Shown here: positions 38,781 to 48,589 of the stretch, in pieces
Layout: the number at the start of each line of letters is the position of its first letter
How positions within the stretch are numbered: the stretch's first letter is position 1
Source: Candidatus Magasanikiibacteriota bacterium
Lineage (GTDB): Bacteria; Patescibacteriota; Patescibacteriia; Magasanikbacterales; GWA2-37-8
NCBI GenBank assembly: GCA_963802255.1
Contig: CAWDHY010000002.1
Span: 183,480-247,479, forward strand
Direction: 5' to 3'
DNA length: 64,000 bases
Program-made: the position numbers and the translations under genes
The notes under the pieces: generated by a model
Seen by the model: only the letters and a program-made list of their open reading frames with translations
Databases searched by the model: none
What the model was told of the DNA's origin: nothing

Positions 38781-39170
38781 TTAATATATCTCGCACAAAA
38801 GCTCTCCGCCTATTTTTTCCTTCTTTGCTTCTGCGTCTGTCATCACTCCCTTTGGCGTAGATAAAATCGCAAAACCAAATCCATTTAAAACTCTGGCCAA
38901 TTCGTCATTTTTGACATACATCCGGTGTCCGGGCTTGCTGATTCTCTTGATAGAATGAATCGCCGGTTCGCGGTCGTCGTATTTAAGAGATAAGGCAATC
39001 TGAGGTTTTGTACCTTCAACCGGCTCAGCTTTAGACAGATACCCCTCACGAACCAAAATACCGGCGATTGCCATTTTTATTTTTGAAAATGGAACAATCA
39101 CCTCGCTCTTATGAACCATCGAGGCGTTGCGGATTCTGGTTAGCATGTCAGCAATAGGATCAGTCATCAT
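38781..39170 (-). CDS. rpsH: 30S ribosomal protein S8
   Basis: 129 aa, operon position. Confidence 0.9.
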   Translation of the reverse strand: MMTDPIADMLTRIRNASMVHKSEVIVPFSKIKMAIAGILVREGYLSKAEPVEGTKPQIALSLKYDDREPAIHSIKRISKPGHRMYVKNDELARVLNGFGFAILSTPKGVMTDAEAKKEKIGGELLCEIY

Positions 39171-39238
39171 AACGTAAGAAATTTATTTTTTATTTGTTAT
39201 TTTTATTGATTATTTTTTGTCTTTGAGCTCAGGATAAT

Positions 39239-39430
39239 TTACCAGCTTGATTTGCGGACTCCCGGAATCTTCCCGTCATTGGCCAATTCTCTGAAACAAA
39301 TTCTGCATAAACCGAACTTTCTAAAAAAACCGTGCTGACGTCCGCATTTCCAGCAGCGTCTGACAATTCTTGTAGAAAATTTCGGTACGCGTTTTGACTT
39401 GGCTATTTGTGATTGGGTGGCCATAAACAA
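39239..39430 (-). CDS. rpsZ: 30S ribosomal protein S14 type Z (zinc-binding)
   Basis: 61-63 aa with CWKCGR...CRIC. Confidence 0.9.
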   Translation of the reverse strand: MFMATQSQIAKSKRVPKFSTRIVRRCWKCGRQHGFFRKFGLCRICFRELANDGKIPGVRKSSW

Positions 39431-39433
39431 TAA

Positions 39434-39976
39434 TTATTTTACAAAAGGAAAGCCCAATGTTTTAAGAAGCGCCTTTCCCTGTTCTAGATTTTTTGCGGTA
39501 GTGGAAATATTTATCTGCATACCATGGCTTTTATCCGCTTCACCGGCTTTGATTTCCGGAAAAGCGATATTTTCCTTGAACCCTAAACTATAGTTGCCAC
39601 GCCCGTCAAAGGCTTTATCTGAAATTCCTCGAAAGTCGCGCGTACGTGGCAGGGTAACATTCAACAATTTTTCCAAAAAGTAATACATTTTAGCGCCCCG
39701 TAATGTAACGACCACGCCGATATCCATATTTTCGCGTATTTTAAAATTTGAAATAGCCTTCTTTGATTTGGTGCGCACAGTTTTCTGCCCGGTTATTTTA
39801 GACAAGCTTTTTTCAACATTTTCAATATAATTCGGCTCTTTTAAAAATTTTCCAACTCCAACATTAATCACCACTTTGGTAATTCTTGGCACCTGCATCA
39901 CGTTCTTGAAACCGAACTCCTTTTTCAAGGCCGGTACCGCTTCCTTTTTGTAATAACTATATAAATTTGGAGTCAT
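39434..39976 (-). CDS. rplE: 50S ribosomal protein L5
   Basis: 180 aa, operon position. Confidence 0.9.
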   Translation of the reverse strand: MTPNLYSYYKKEAVPALKKEFGFKNVMQVPRITKVVINVGVGKFLKEPNYIENVEKSLSKITGQKTVRTKSKKAISNFKIRENMDIGVVVTLRGAKMYYFLEKLLNVTLPRTRDFRGISDKAFDGRGNYSLGFKENIAFPEIKAGEADKSHGMQINISTTAKNLEQGKALLKTLGFPFVK

Positions 39977-40038
39977 ATTTAGCCTGTTAAATAAAATTTT
40001 TCGTTACTGACATTATTCTTTAATATGATTTAACAATA

Positions 40039-40347
40039 TTATGCGATAAATTCTTTGCATTTTCTACAAATTCTTTTCTTCTTATCTCCGTCAAGCCGAT
40101 AACCGATCCTGGTCGGTTTTCCGCATTTTTCACAGATTACAAGGGCATTGGCGGCATAAAATGGGGCGGCTAATTCAATAATCTGGCCTTTTTCACCGCG
40201 GTTTTTCGGTCGCAAATGCTTCTTCATTATATTAAGCCCTTCAACTACAATCTTACCCGCAGACGGAAAAACCTGGATCACCTTTCCCTCCTTCCCCCGG
40301 TCCTTCCCGGCCACTATTTTAACTTTGTCATTGGTTTTTATTTTCAT
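40039..40347 (-). CDS. rplX: 50S ribosomal protein L24 (KOW) with C-terminal CxxC...CxxC zinc-ribbon-like tail
   Basis: KOW motif KVKIVAGKDRGKEG; tail CEKCGKPTRIGYRLDGDKKKRICRKCK. Confidence 0.85.
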   Translation of the reverse strand: MKIKTNDKVKIVAGKDRGKEGKVIQVFPSAGKIVVEGLNIMKKHLRPKNRGEKGQIIELAAPFYAANALVICEKCGKPTRIGYRLDGDKKKRICRKCKEFIA

Positions 40348-40379
40348 AATCGTATTATGTGAGCGAATGGAAATGTAAT

Positions 40380-40751
40380 TTACAACACCTCAGGCGCAAG
40401 AGAAATAATTTTCTGAAATCCCTTGGTGCGCAATTCACGCGCCACCGGTCCAAAAATGCGCGAACCGCGCGGCTCCTTGGTTTTTCTGTCTACAACCACC
40501 GCCGCATTTTCATCAAAACGGATATAAGTTCCATCTTTTCTGCGGGTTTCTTTTCTCTCGCGAACCAACACCGCATGAACAACTTCACCTTTCTTAACCA
40601 TGCCTCGCGGAGCGGCAATCTTTACAGAACAAGTGACAATATCACCAAGTCGGGCATATCTCTTTTTATAACCGCCAAGAACGCGCAAACATTGCAGGCG
40701 TTTTGCACCTGTATTGTCTGCCACACTTAGCATTGATCGATGTTGTATCAT
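40380..40751 (-). CDS. rplN: 50S ribosomal protein L14
   Basis: [17 protein letters not shown] signature. Confidence 0.9.
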   Translation of the reverse strand: MIQHRSMLSVADNTGAKRLQCLRVLGGYKKRYARLGDIVTCSVKIAAPRGMVKKGEVVHAVLVRERKETRRKDGTYIRFDENAAVVVDRKTKEPRGSRIFGPVARELRTKGFQKIISLAPEVL

Positions 40752-40778
40752 ACAATTTTCTGATTACGCAAAGAGTAA

Positions 40779-41039
40779 TTAGCTCGCTACTTTAACCAAT
40801 CTCCAACGCTTTGTCTTTGATATCGGGCGACACTCAACAAACAAAACTTTCTCGCCAACTTTTGAAATACCCTTCTCATCATGAACGTGGTATTTCTTGC
40901 TCACCCTGTAATATTTTTTATACTTTGGGTGTAATTTGCGGCTTTCCACTTTTACGACAACCGTCTTATTCATGTTTGCGGAAACAACAGTTCCGGAAAA
41001 TTGGCGTTTAACCGTCTTTTTTTTATTTTCAGAATTCAT
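40779..41039 (-). CDS. rpsQ: 30S ribosomal protein S17
   Basis: 86 aa OB fold, operon position. Confidence 0.9.
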   Translation of the reverse strand: MNSENKKKTVKRQFSGTVVSANMNKTVVVKVESRKLHPKYKKYYRVSKKYHVHDEKGISKVGEKVLFVECRPISKTKRWRLVKVAS

Positions 41040-41051
41040 ATAATATATTGA

Positions 41052-41261
41052 TTATTCTACGCTATTTGGTTTTACAGCATTTCTTAACGCTGTCTTCAAC
41101 CTGGCAATCGTTTTCTTCGTGTCCTTCATTTTATGCATTGCTTTTAACTGCTGACTCTGTAATTTAAAACGCAGATCGCGCAGTTCTTCGCTCTTCTCCA
41201 GAACTAAATCTTTTATTTCTGCTGCATCCTTAGTTTTAATTTCTTGATAATCCATAATCAA
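41052..41261 (-). CDS. rpmC: 50S ribosomal protein L29
   Basis: 69 aa helical, operon position. Confidence 0.85.
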   Translation of the reverse strand: MIMDYQEIKTKDAAEIKDLVLEKSEELRDLRFKLQSQQLKAMHKMKDTKKTIARLKTALRNAVKPNSVE

Positions 41262-41672
41262 TTATCTAACAATAAATTTCATTTTAAGGCCAAATTTATA
41301 ACTGGCCAATTTCATCGCTTCAACTGCCGCTTCACGGGTAATACCGGCCATTTCAAATAACACAGTACCCGGCTTTACCACGGCCACAAAATGATCCGGT
41401 GCGCCTTTTCCACCACCCATCGGCTGTTCATTGCCTTTTCTCGTAACCGGCTTATCAGGAAATATACGAATCCAAATCTTACCGCCACGTCGAACATAAC
41501 GGGTTAAAACCCGACGGCCGGCTTCAATCTGCCGACTGGTCACCCATCCGTGCGTTTCCGTTTTCAAGCCAAACTCACCGAAAGCCAAGCTGTTGGCTCT
41601 GGTAGCAATACCCTTCTCGCGTCGGCGCCCTTTGTGCCATTTGCGATGTAATACTTTTTTTGGCAATAACAT
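41262..41672 (-). CDS. rplP: 50S ribosomal protein L16
   Basis: 136 aa, operon position. Confidence 0.9.
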   Translation of the reverse strand: MLLPKKVLHRKWHKGRRREKGIATRANSLAFGEFGLKTETHGWVTSRQIEAGRRVLTRYVRRGGKIWIRIFPDKPVTRKGNEQPMGGGKGAPDHFVAVVKPGTVLFEMAGITREAAVEAMKLASYKFGLKMKFIVR

Positions 41673-41684
41673 ATCTGTCGGTTT

Positions 41685-42383
41685 TTAGTTTTGATAATTA
41701 TTTTTTCCGGTTTCTTTCTCACTTTTCTTTTCAAATTTATCACGACGCCCAAACGCTTCTCCGTGATAGACCCAAACCTTAACTCCAATTTTTCCATAAA
41801 TAGTCTGCGCTTCGGTAAAAGCATAATCAACATCACTACGCAGAGTAATCAAAGACATTTTTCCCGCAGATAAAACCTCACGACGGGCGATTTCTACACC
41901 GTTTAAGCGGCCGGACATTTTGATTTTAACTCCTTTTGCCCCGGCAGCCATAACCTTTTCTATTGATTGTTTCATTATCCGGCGGAAAGGCATGCGTTTT
42001 TCAATTTCCGCAGCGCAATTTGCCGCCACAATCGTGGCTGAAAGCGCCGGTTGCTTTACCGGCAAAATATTTAATTTAACTTTTTGCTTTTGTTCTAAAT
42101 ATTTTTTCTCAATATCTTTTCTGATAACGTCCAAACCCTGCCCGGAACGGCCGATTACAACACCGGGTTTTGCGGCCAGAATCGTAATTTGCATATCCTT
42201 CGGCGAACGCTCGATAGAAATGGCGTCAATGCCTGCGTCTTTAAGTTTTTTACCAAGATATTCGCGTATGCCAATTTCCTGCTTAAGATAAAGCGGGAGA
42301 TTTTCCTTTTTGGCAAACCACTTTGAATCCCAGGCAAAAATGTAGGGAGTGCGGTGTATTCTTGGATGTACTTTATGACCCAT
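41685..42383 (-). CDS. rpsC: 30S ribosomal protein S3
   Basis: KH domain, 232 aa. Confidence 0.9.
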   Translation of the reverse strand: MGHKVHPRIHRTPYIFAWDSKWFAKKENLPLYLKQEIGIREYLGKKLKDAGIDAISIERSPKDMQITILAAKPGVVIGRSGQGLDVIRKDIEKKYLEQKQKVKLNILPVKQPALSATIVAANCAAEIEKRMPFRRIMKQSIEKVMAAGAKGVKIKMSGRLNGVEIARREVLSAGKMSLITLRSDVDYAFTEAQTIYGKIGVKVWVYHGEAFGRRDKFEKKSEKETGKNNYQN

Positions 42384-42419
42384 ATTTATGAATTATTTTC
42401 TGGTAATATGCGTGCAAAC

Positions 42420-42821
42420 TTACTTTTTTGTCTCCTTCTTAGCTTTAATTGCTTTTTTTACTTTTTTCGCTTTTTCAATTTTTTCTTCGGAAATCAAAAC
42501 TATATTAATATGTGAAGTGCGCTGTCTGATCGGAGTGGCGCGTCCATGCGCTTTCGGCATCCAGCGTTTCACCACCGGTCCGCCATCCACAGTAATACTT
42601 TTTAAGCGGAGCGTATCCATCTCAAATTTAAAATTTGTTTTTGCATTGGCGACTGCCGATTTCAAAAGCTTAAGCAAAGGATATGCAGCCCGCTTATCTG
42701 AAAGAGGCAGGCGCTCCAAAAGTTTTATCACTTTGTGGCCACGCATGGTATCAGCAACAAGCCGGACCTTGCGGGGAGCCATTTTCAAAAAATTTAATTT
42801 TGCTTTTACTTCCTGTGACAT
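42420..42821 (-). CDS. rplV: 50S ribosomal protein L22 (start at MSQEVKAK; the ORF-track N-terminal extension overlaps rpsS)
   Basis: L22 core KLNFLKMAPRKVRLVADTMRG. Confidence 0.85.
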   Translation of the reverse strand: MSQEVKAKLNFLKMAPRKVRLVADTMRGHKVIKLLERLPLSDKRAAYPLLKLLKSAVANAKTNFKFEMDTLRLKSITVDGGPVVKRWMPKAHGRATPIRQRTSHINIVLISEEKIEKAKKVKKAIKAKKETKK

Positions 42822-42831
42822 ATTGTTATTA

Positions 42832-43167
42832 TTATTTCTTTTTTTCCGCCTTCGCCGCCGGAGCCGGAGCACCAGTTGCCGCCGTCTTGCTCTCCTGATC
42901 CTTAGCCATTTTGCCTCCGTGTCTCACGAATTTACGGGTTGAAGAAAATTCTCCAAGCCGGTGGCCGACCATATTTTCATCTACATATACGCTGATAAAA
43001 TCTTTTCCATTATGAACAAGAAATGTCATGCTGACCATCTCCGGTGAGATAACACAAGCACGCGACCAGGTTTTAATCGGCGATTTTTTTCCGCTTGCCT
43101 TCATTGCCAAAACTTTACTTAAAACTCTCGGATCAATATAAGGGCCTTTTTTCAAACTTCTGGACAT
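42832..43167 (-). CDS. rpsS: 30S ribosomal protein S19 with Ala/Lys-rich C-terminal tail
   Basis: [12 protein letters not shown]...[11 protein letters not shown] signature. Confidence 0.9.
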   Translation of the reverse strand: MSRSLKKGPYIDPRVLSKVLAMKASGKKSPIKTWSRACVISPEMVSMTFLVHNGKDFISVYVDENMVGHRLGEFSSTRKFVRHGGKMAKDQESKTAATGAPAPAAKAEKKK

Positions 43168-43183
43168 ATATTATAGTATGCGC

Positions 43184-44023
43184 TTACTTTTTACGGCGCG
43201 ACTTAATAATAAACTTATTACTCCATTTCTTGTTTCCGCGAGTGCGCACTCCCTGCGCCGTTTTTCCATAAACAGTCTGCGGGCCTCTCTTCTGACCAAT
43301 TGGCGAATGGCCTTCACCGCCCCCATGTGGATGGTCAACCGGATTCATATTTTTACCTTTAACAGTCGGTTTAATACCGCGATGGCGCATTCGTCCGGCT
43401 TTGCCCCAGCGTATCAGTCTGCGGTCCGCGTTTCCAAGCGCTCCAATTGAGGCGGCGCACTGCTTTCGCACTAAACGAATCTCGCCTGATGGTAGTTTTA
43501 TCTGGGCATATTCACCCTCAACACCTACCAGCTGAGCGCTGAGACCTGCTCCGCGAACCAGCTGTCCGCCTTTCCCGGCGGTTAATTCAATATTATGTAT
43601 AAATAAACCAATCGGCATGTGTTCAAGCGGTATTCTTACTCCCGGCTTCGCTTCAATCGCCTGATCCGAGGAAATAACCTTATCGCCCACCTTTAAACCT
43701 TCGGGACATAAAATATATGATTTTACTCCATCATTATACTGAATCAATGCGATCCTCGGACCGCGATTCGGATCATATTCAATTGCCAGAACTTCCGCTT
43801 CAACATTAAATTTTTGCTGTTTAAAATCAACCAACCGGTATAATTTTTTTGCTCCGCCTGATTTGTGGCGGACCGTGATTTTTCCCTGATTATTGCGACC
43901 GGATTTTGGCTTCAAAATTGTCACCAATGATTTTTCCGGTTCAAATTTTGTAAGATCGGAAAAAGCGTCGACACTTGAATTGCGGCGTCCCGGCGATGTT
44001 GGTTTGTAAACTTTAATTGGCAT
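43184..44023 (-). CDS. rplB: 50S ribosomal protein L2
   Basis: 279 aa, GGGEGHSPIG motif. Confidence 0.9.
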   Translation of the reverse strand: MPIKVYKPTSPGRRNSSVDAFSDLTKFEPEKSLVTILKPKSGRNNQGKITVRHKSGGAKKLYRLVDFKQQKFNVEAEVLAIEYDPNRGPRIALIQYNDGVKSYILCPEGLKVGDKVISSDQAIEAKPGVRIPLEHMPIGLFIHNIELTAGKGGQLVRGAGLSAQLVGVEGEYAQIKLPSGEIRLVRKQCAASIGALGNADRRLIRWGKAGRMRHRGIKPTVKGKNMNPVDHPHGGGEGHSPIGQKRGPQTVYGKTAQGVRTRGNKKWSNKFIIKSRRKK

Positions 44024-44044
44024 ATTCTTTTTTCAATACTCTTT

Positions 44045-44432
44045 TTACACGCCCTCGTGGATGGCGATGGTTTTGCCTTTTGGCAATGTAACAAACGCTT
44101 TTTTAAAATCTCCGCGGCGACCGGTATATTTTCCGTATCGACGCGCTTTGCCTTCCATGTGAATAACGTTTACTGATGCCGGCATTACTCCATAGATATC
44201 ATTTACAGCTTTCTTAATCTGTTCTTTTGTTGCATCACGACGCACTACAAAGGCATATTTGTTTAAGCTCTGCGCGACAGCCGCCTTTTCAGTTACCAAA
44301 GGTCTGATTATAACCTGGCTGGAAACAACCTTTGTCGCAGAGCTCTTTTTTATTTCAACTGGAGCTCTCAATCTTCTCAGCCTGAACAGCCGGTTTGTCT
44401 TCCTTAGTTTTCTTACGGTTAAGTAATCCCAT
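44045..44432 (-). CDS. rplW: 50S ribosomal protein L23 with apparent +1 frameshift near 44358-44372 (or alternative TTG start at 44371)
   Basis: ATG 14 nt after the rplD stop gives a Lys-rich MGLLNRKKTKEDKPAVQAEKIESSS then a stop; the L23 body (VVSSQVIIRPLVTEKA...) continues in the +1 frame. Confidence 0.7.
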
Positions 44433-44444
44433 ATATCTATGCAA

Positions 44445-45080
44445 TTAAGCCTTTTTTGATAATATATTTTCCAATTCCGCAATGCCGGATTTACTCGTTA
44501 TTATCGCCTGTTTGTTTAATACGGCTACTACGCTCGCATCGCGGGCTGAAATAGATTCAATCTTTTTCAAATTTTTTGTCATGCGGTAAACCTGCCCGTC
44601 CGCCTCGCCGGTTAAGATCAAGAATGACTTTTGTTCGATCGGCATTTTTTTCATAAAAGACGCAAAGATTTTTGTTTTCGGTTCGGCAAAATCAAAATTT
44701 TCCAACACCCACAAAGCGCCTGACTGGGCTTTATCGCTTAAACACATCTTTAGCGCGACACGTCGGGTTTTCTTATTGATTTTACTCTTATAATTGCGTG
44801 TGGAAAGTGGGCCAAAAGTCACGCCTCCGCCTACCCAAATCGGTGAACGGATAGAACCATGACGCGCCCTGCCTGTACCTTTCTGTCGCCAAGGTTTTTT
44901 ACCGCCGCCCCGCACTTCTCCTTTAGTCTTTGTGTCAGCCCACGGTTCACGGCTATTATTCATTTGAGCGACAAAAACTTCATGCACGACTTCCGGTTTA
45001 ATTTTCACGTCAAAAATCTTATCGTCTAAATTCATCTCTGACGATTCCTTGCCTTCTAAATTGTATACTTTAATTTTCAT
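44445..45080 (-). CDS. rplD: 50S ribosomal protein L4
   Basis: 211 aa, operon position. Confidence 0.9.
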   Translation of the reverse strand: MKIKVYNLEGKESSEMNLDDKIFDVKIKPEVVHEVFVAQMNNSREPWADTKTKGEVRGGGKKPWRQKGTGRARHGSIRSPIWVGGGVTFGPLSTRNYKSKINKKTRRVALKMCLSDKAQSGALWVLENFDFAEPKTKIFASFMKKMPIEQKSFLILTGEADGQVYRMTKNLKKIESISARDASVVAVLNKQAIITSKSGIAELENILSKKA

Positions 45081-45086
45081 ATATGA

Positions 45087-45806
45087 TTATGAAATGCTTT
45101 CCGGCACGGCTTCTGTCTGAGTCTCCGGCGCTACCATTTCCACTGCCGGCTCTTCTACCGGTTTAACTTCTTCTGCTATGGTAATAATCAATTCACCCGG
45201 ACAAGATATTTTTAAAATTCCATTTCTGGCACCTGGAACTGCACCCTTGATATAAAGTTCATTGGTTTCCGGATGTACTTCCATAATTTCCAGATTCTTT
45301 ACAGTTACCGGGGCACCGCCCATTCTTCCGGCCATTCGCATGCCTTTGAACACCCGCTGTACGCCACCCGCGCCGATTGAACCTGGGGCTCGCAAATCAT
45401 GCTTGTGGCCGTGCGTAGCCGGAGCACCTCGGAAATGATGCCGTTTAACAACACCGGCAAAACCTTTTCCTTTTGAGACACCCTCTACAGTAACGACATC
45501 ACCGGCTGAAAATACGGCCGCTGTAATTGTTGTTCCGCGATCAATACCCTCAATCTTATCTACAGTAAACGAACGCAATTCTCTGACCGGGGACAAACCT
45601 TTCAAATGACCTGCGCGAGGTTTATTTAAACGAAAATCCTTTGTTTCTCCAAAACCAATCTCAACTGACTGGGCATTATTTTTGTCCGTATTTTTAACTT
45701 GTACGACCTGACACGGTCCGGCTTGCACCCGGGTAACCGGAATCATTTCGCCCCCTGACGAAAATACTTGTGTCATGCCAATTTTTTTTCCTATTATAAA
45801 CTTCAT
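45087..45806 (-). CDS. rplC: 50S ribosomal protein L3 (start MKFIIGKKIGMTQVF)
   Basis: L3 N-terminal signature. Confidence 0.9.
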   Translation of the reverse strand: MKFIIGKKIGMTQVFSSGGEMIPVTRVQAGPCQVVQVKNTDKNNAQSVEIGFGETKDFRLNKPRAGHLKGLSPVRELRSFTVDKIEGIDRGTTITAAVFSAGDVVTVEGVSKGKGFAGVVKRHHFRGAPATHGHKHDLRAPGSIGAGGVQRVFKGMRMAGRMGGAPVTVKNLEIMEVHPETNELYIKGAVPGARNGILKISCPGELIITIAEEVKPVEEPAVEMVAPETQTEAVPESIS

Positions 45807-45865
45807 ATAATTCGCGTCATTGCTCCGCACCCATCCCATTTAGGCGGAGATAACCTGTTAATTTA

Positions 45866-45918
45866 ACAAAAAACTAGAAGCAATAACATTGAAATAAATT
45901 CAATTCTATTGCTTCTAG
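45866..45918 (-). terminator. long hairpin (12-bp perfect stem ctagaagcaata / tattgcttctag with nested palindromic loop) plus T-tract on the minus strand, between rpsJ and rplC
   Basis: On the rpsJ to rplC transcript direction the stem-loop is followed by TTTTTTG; sits in an unusual 300-nt rpsJ-rplC spacer. Confidence 0.5.
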
Positions 45919-46153
45919 CCATGAACAATCCGTCAAAAAACTGCGGATTAAAATGGCCTTTTTACTTGATTTTTCAATATTTATCTCCTTGTCGCTAAAA
46001 CTCGTTTAAATGTTTTTCATCCGCCTTGGGCGAAGAATCTTATTTACTTGAGTTTTTTCAACAAATTACTATGTGGCGATTTTACTAGAAATATTCTATC
46101 CTGTCAAGCCCCGACGGGAGCGACTACCGGCTCTACGCAAGGCAAACCAGTAT

Positions 46154-46495
46154 TTACATCTTAATCTCAATATCCACGCCAGAAGGCAAGCTCAAACTCA
46201 TAAGAGCATCCACGCATTTTGGCGAAGCGTTCATAATGTCAATCAAACGCTTGTGTACGCGCATTTCAAATTGCTCACGTGCATCCTTATGCACGAAAGT
46301 TGAGCGATTAACTGTAAATTTGCTTTTTTCCGTAGGAAGCGGTACTGGCCCGATTACTTTTGCATCATTTCTTTCCGCGGTTTCAATAATCATCCTAGTT
46401 GCCTGATCAATAATCTTGTTATCATACGCGCGAATTTTGATGCGAATTCTGGTTGCTTCAACCGCTTTCTTTACTGTCGCTGTTGCTGAAGTCAT
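46154..46495 (-). CDS. rpsJ: 30S ribosomal protein S10
   Basis: Conserved S10 core [16 protein letters not shown]... Confidence 0.9.
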   Translation of the reverse strand: MTSATATVKKAVEATRIRIKIRAYDNKIIDQATRMIIETAERNDAKVIGPVPLPTEKSKFTVNRSTFVHKDAREQFEMRVHKRLIDIMNASPKCVDALMSLSLPSGVDIEIKM

Positions 46496-46521
46496 GGTAA
46501 AGAACGTTATTCCACGACAAA

Positions 46522-46544
46522 GGGGGGTGATAATTTCACCCCCC
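46522..46544. promoter_or_regulatory. very stable hairpin ggggggtga-taatt-tcacccccc between tuf and rpsJ
   Basis: Perfect 9-bp stem with six G-C pairs in the 59-nt tuf-rpsJ spacer; no T-tract. Confidence 0.35.
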
Positions 46545-46554
46545 TCGTCAGGAT

Positions 46555-47745
46555 TTATTTAATAATTTTTGTTACCACGCCAGCGCCGACGGTTCTGCCG
46601 CCTTCGCGGATGGCGAATTTCATTTTTTCTTCAATGGCTACCGGTTTAATCAACTTCACGTTGAAATTGATAGTGTCACCCGGCATAACCATTTCTGTTC
46701 CTTCCGGCAAAATAACTTCACCGGTAACATCGGTAGTTCTGATATAGAACTGCGGTTTATAACCTTTGAAGAATGGTTTGTGCCGACCGCCTTCTTCTTT
46801 GGTCAACACAACGACCTGGGCCTCAAATTCAGTATGAGGATTGATAGTGCCCGGTTTGGCCAAAACCATACCGCGCTCTACTTCTTCTTTCTTGGTACCG
46901 CGAAGTAAAATGCCTGCGTTATCACCGGCCTGACCTTCTTTCAAGCTCTTATTAAACATTTCAATGCCGGTAACAACTGATTTCATTTTTTCTTCATTCA
47001 AGCCAACGATTTCAATTTCATCGTTGACATGAATAATACCGCGCTCAACGCGTCCGGTAACCACCGTTCCTCTACCTTCAATAGAAAAGACATCTTCTAC
47101 TGGCATAAGGAAAGGCTGGTCAACAGCGCGAACAGGTTCCGGGATATATTCATCAACAACTTTCATCAACTCCATAATCGGCTTAGTGGCCGCTTCATCG
47201 GTCGGATTCTGCAAAGCTTGCAGAGCTGAACCGCGGATAATCGGAGTGGTGTCGCCCGGAAAATCGTATTTTTTTAGTAAGTCGCGAATTTCCGCTTCAA
47301 CTAAATCAATCAGTTCCGGATCAGAAACTTGATCAACTTTATTTAAGAATACAACGATGTGCGGTACGCCCACTTGTCGGGCAAGCACAATGTGCTCCCG
47401 AGTCTGCGGCATCGGTCCGTCAGCAGCGGAAACAACTAAAATCGCGCCGTCCATTTGAGCCGCGCCGGTAATCATGTTCTTCACATAATCGGCATGACCG
47501 GGACAATCTACGTGCGCGTAGTGTCTCTTTTCCGTTTCATACTCAACATGGGCGGTGGAAATGGTAATGCCTCGAGCTTTTGACTCTGGCGCTTTATCCA
47601 AATCATCAACGCCTTTTGTTTGCGCGGTCATACCGCGCGCGCTTAAAACCGCCAAAATAGCAGCGGTAAGAGTTGTCTTACCGTGGTCAACATGGCCAAT
47701 AGTACCAATGTTGACATGTGGCTTGGTTCTTACAAACTCAGCCAT
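46555..47745 (-). CDS. tuf: elongation factor Tu
   Basis: [22 protein letters not shown] motifs. Confidence 0.95.
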   Translation of the reverse strand: MAEFVRTKPHVNIGTIGHVDHGKTTLTAAILAVLSARGMTAQTKGVDDLDKAPESKARGITISTAHVEYETEKRHYAHVDCPGHADYVKNMITGAAQMDGAILVVSAADGPMPQTREHIVLARQVGVPHIVVFLNKVDQVSDPELIDLVEAEIRDLLKKYDFPGDTTPIIRGSALQALQNPTDEAATKPIMELMKVVDEYIPEPVRAVDQPFLMPVEDVFSIEGRGTVVTGRVERGIIHVNDEIEIVGLNEEKMKSVVTGIEMFNKSLKEGQAGDNAGILLRGTKKEEVERGMVLAKPGTINPHTEFEAQVVVLTKEEGGRHKPFFKGYKPQFYIRTTDVTGEVILPEGTEMVMPGDTINFNVKLIKPVAIEEKMKFAIREGGRTVGAGVVTKIIK

Positions 47746-47886
47746 ATGGTTCAATTTTTACGGCACTGCCGCCAAGTGGTTGGTGCAGATTTGTTAACCA
47801 GCCGCTTCACAAATATGTATATAAAATTAAATTGTTCAGATTCGGCACTAAAAACCTTAGAGCCGCCTGCTCCAATTTATTACGAG

Positions 47887-47914
47887 ATTATAGCAGATTT
47901 GAGGAATTTGGCAA
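47887..47914 (-). promoter_or_regulatory. tuf promoter TTGCCA N16 TGcTATAAT (extended -10)
   Basis: Minus-strand hexamers about 130 nt upstream of the tuf ATG. Confidence 0.5.
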
Positions 47915-47930
47915 GGGGGTGGATTGTGGA

Positions 47931-48467
47931 TTACTCAACCGGTTCCAAATAGAACCTTTCTTCTTCATGCGGAACAGTGGAAAGATTCTCTTCTTCTATC
48001 CATCCAACCCTTGGCTTGTCATCAAATTTTCTTTCCCGATACACTACGTCATTCAGCACATCGGCAACCCGGGGAATCATTGTCGCTTTTTTATCAGTCA
48101 CCAATTCTTTTTCTTCCACGGTTTTTTCCTTTTCATCTTCAGCAGTATCTTCAATTGTATTATTATCCTCCACCATATCATCCGCCTCCAATTCTTCCTC
48201 ATCCTTCTTTTGAAGACCTCGCCAATCAGCAATATCACGATTTATTTTTTCCAACATTTCCTGTTCCGATAAATCACTAATTTTTTGAAAATTATGATTT
48301 GGCAATTCTTCAGGGGTCCAATCAATTTGCCTCAACTGAGCCAAATTTTCATACTCGTCCAAAGACATTACAGCAAAGACCTCGTCTGATTCGCTATCTG
48401 CGATTACCAGTCTGTCTCCTGTTTCTCTTATTAAATTGAATAGGCGTTTTAATTGTTTTGAATTCAT
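47931..48467 (-). CDS. Phd/YefM antitoxin-like N-terminal domain fused to a long highly acidic C-terminal tail (178 aa)
   Basis: The N-terminus (RLVIADSESDEVFAVMSLDEYENLAQLRQ) resembles the Phd/YefM fold; the remainder is about 35% Asp/Glu; promoter-like TTGACA N16 TAACAT upstream. Confidence 0.45.
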   Translation of the reverse strand: MNSKQLKRLFNLIRETGDRLVIADSESDEVFAVMSLDEYENLAQLRQIDWTPEELPNHNFQKISDLSEQEMLEKINRDIADWRGLQKKDEEELEADDMVEDNNTIEDTAEDEKEKTVEEKELVTDKKATMIPRVADVLNDVVYRERKFDDKPRVGWIEEENLSTVPHEEERFYLEPVE

Positions 48468-48525
48468 AAAAAATATTGTATTGATGAGTGCCGTTATGTT
48501 ATCAATTTTTCAAGAAATGTCAAAC

Positions 48526-48564
48526 AGAAAAGAAAAACCCCTGTGCTTTGAAGAAACACAGGGG
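48526..48564 (-). terminator. intrinsic terminator for the coiled-coil gene (cccctgtg...cacagggg plus T-tract on the minus strand)
   Basis: Perfect 8-bp GC stem followed on the minus strand by TTTTTCTTTTCTGTTT. Confidence 0.65.
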
Positions 48565-48589
48565 CAAAATGTTTGAAGAAAAACTTTGG

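Noticed and set aside
37268-43450. Numerous plus-strand ORFs antisense to the ribosomal protein cluster
   Set aside because: Shadow ORFs opposite highly conserved, well-supported minus-strand genes
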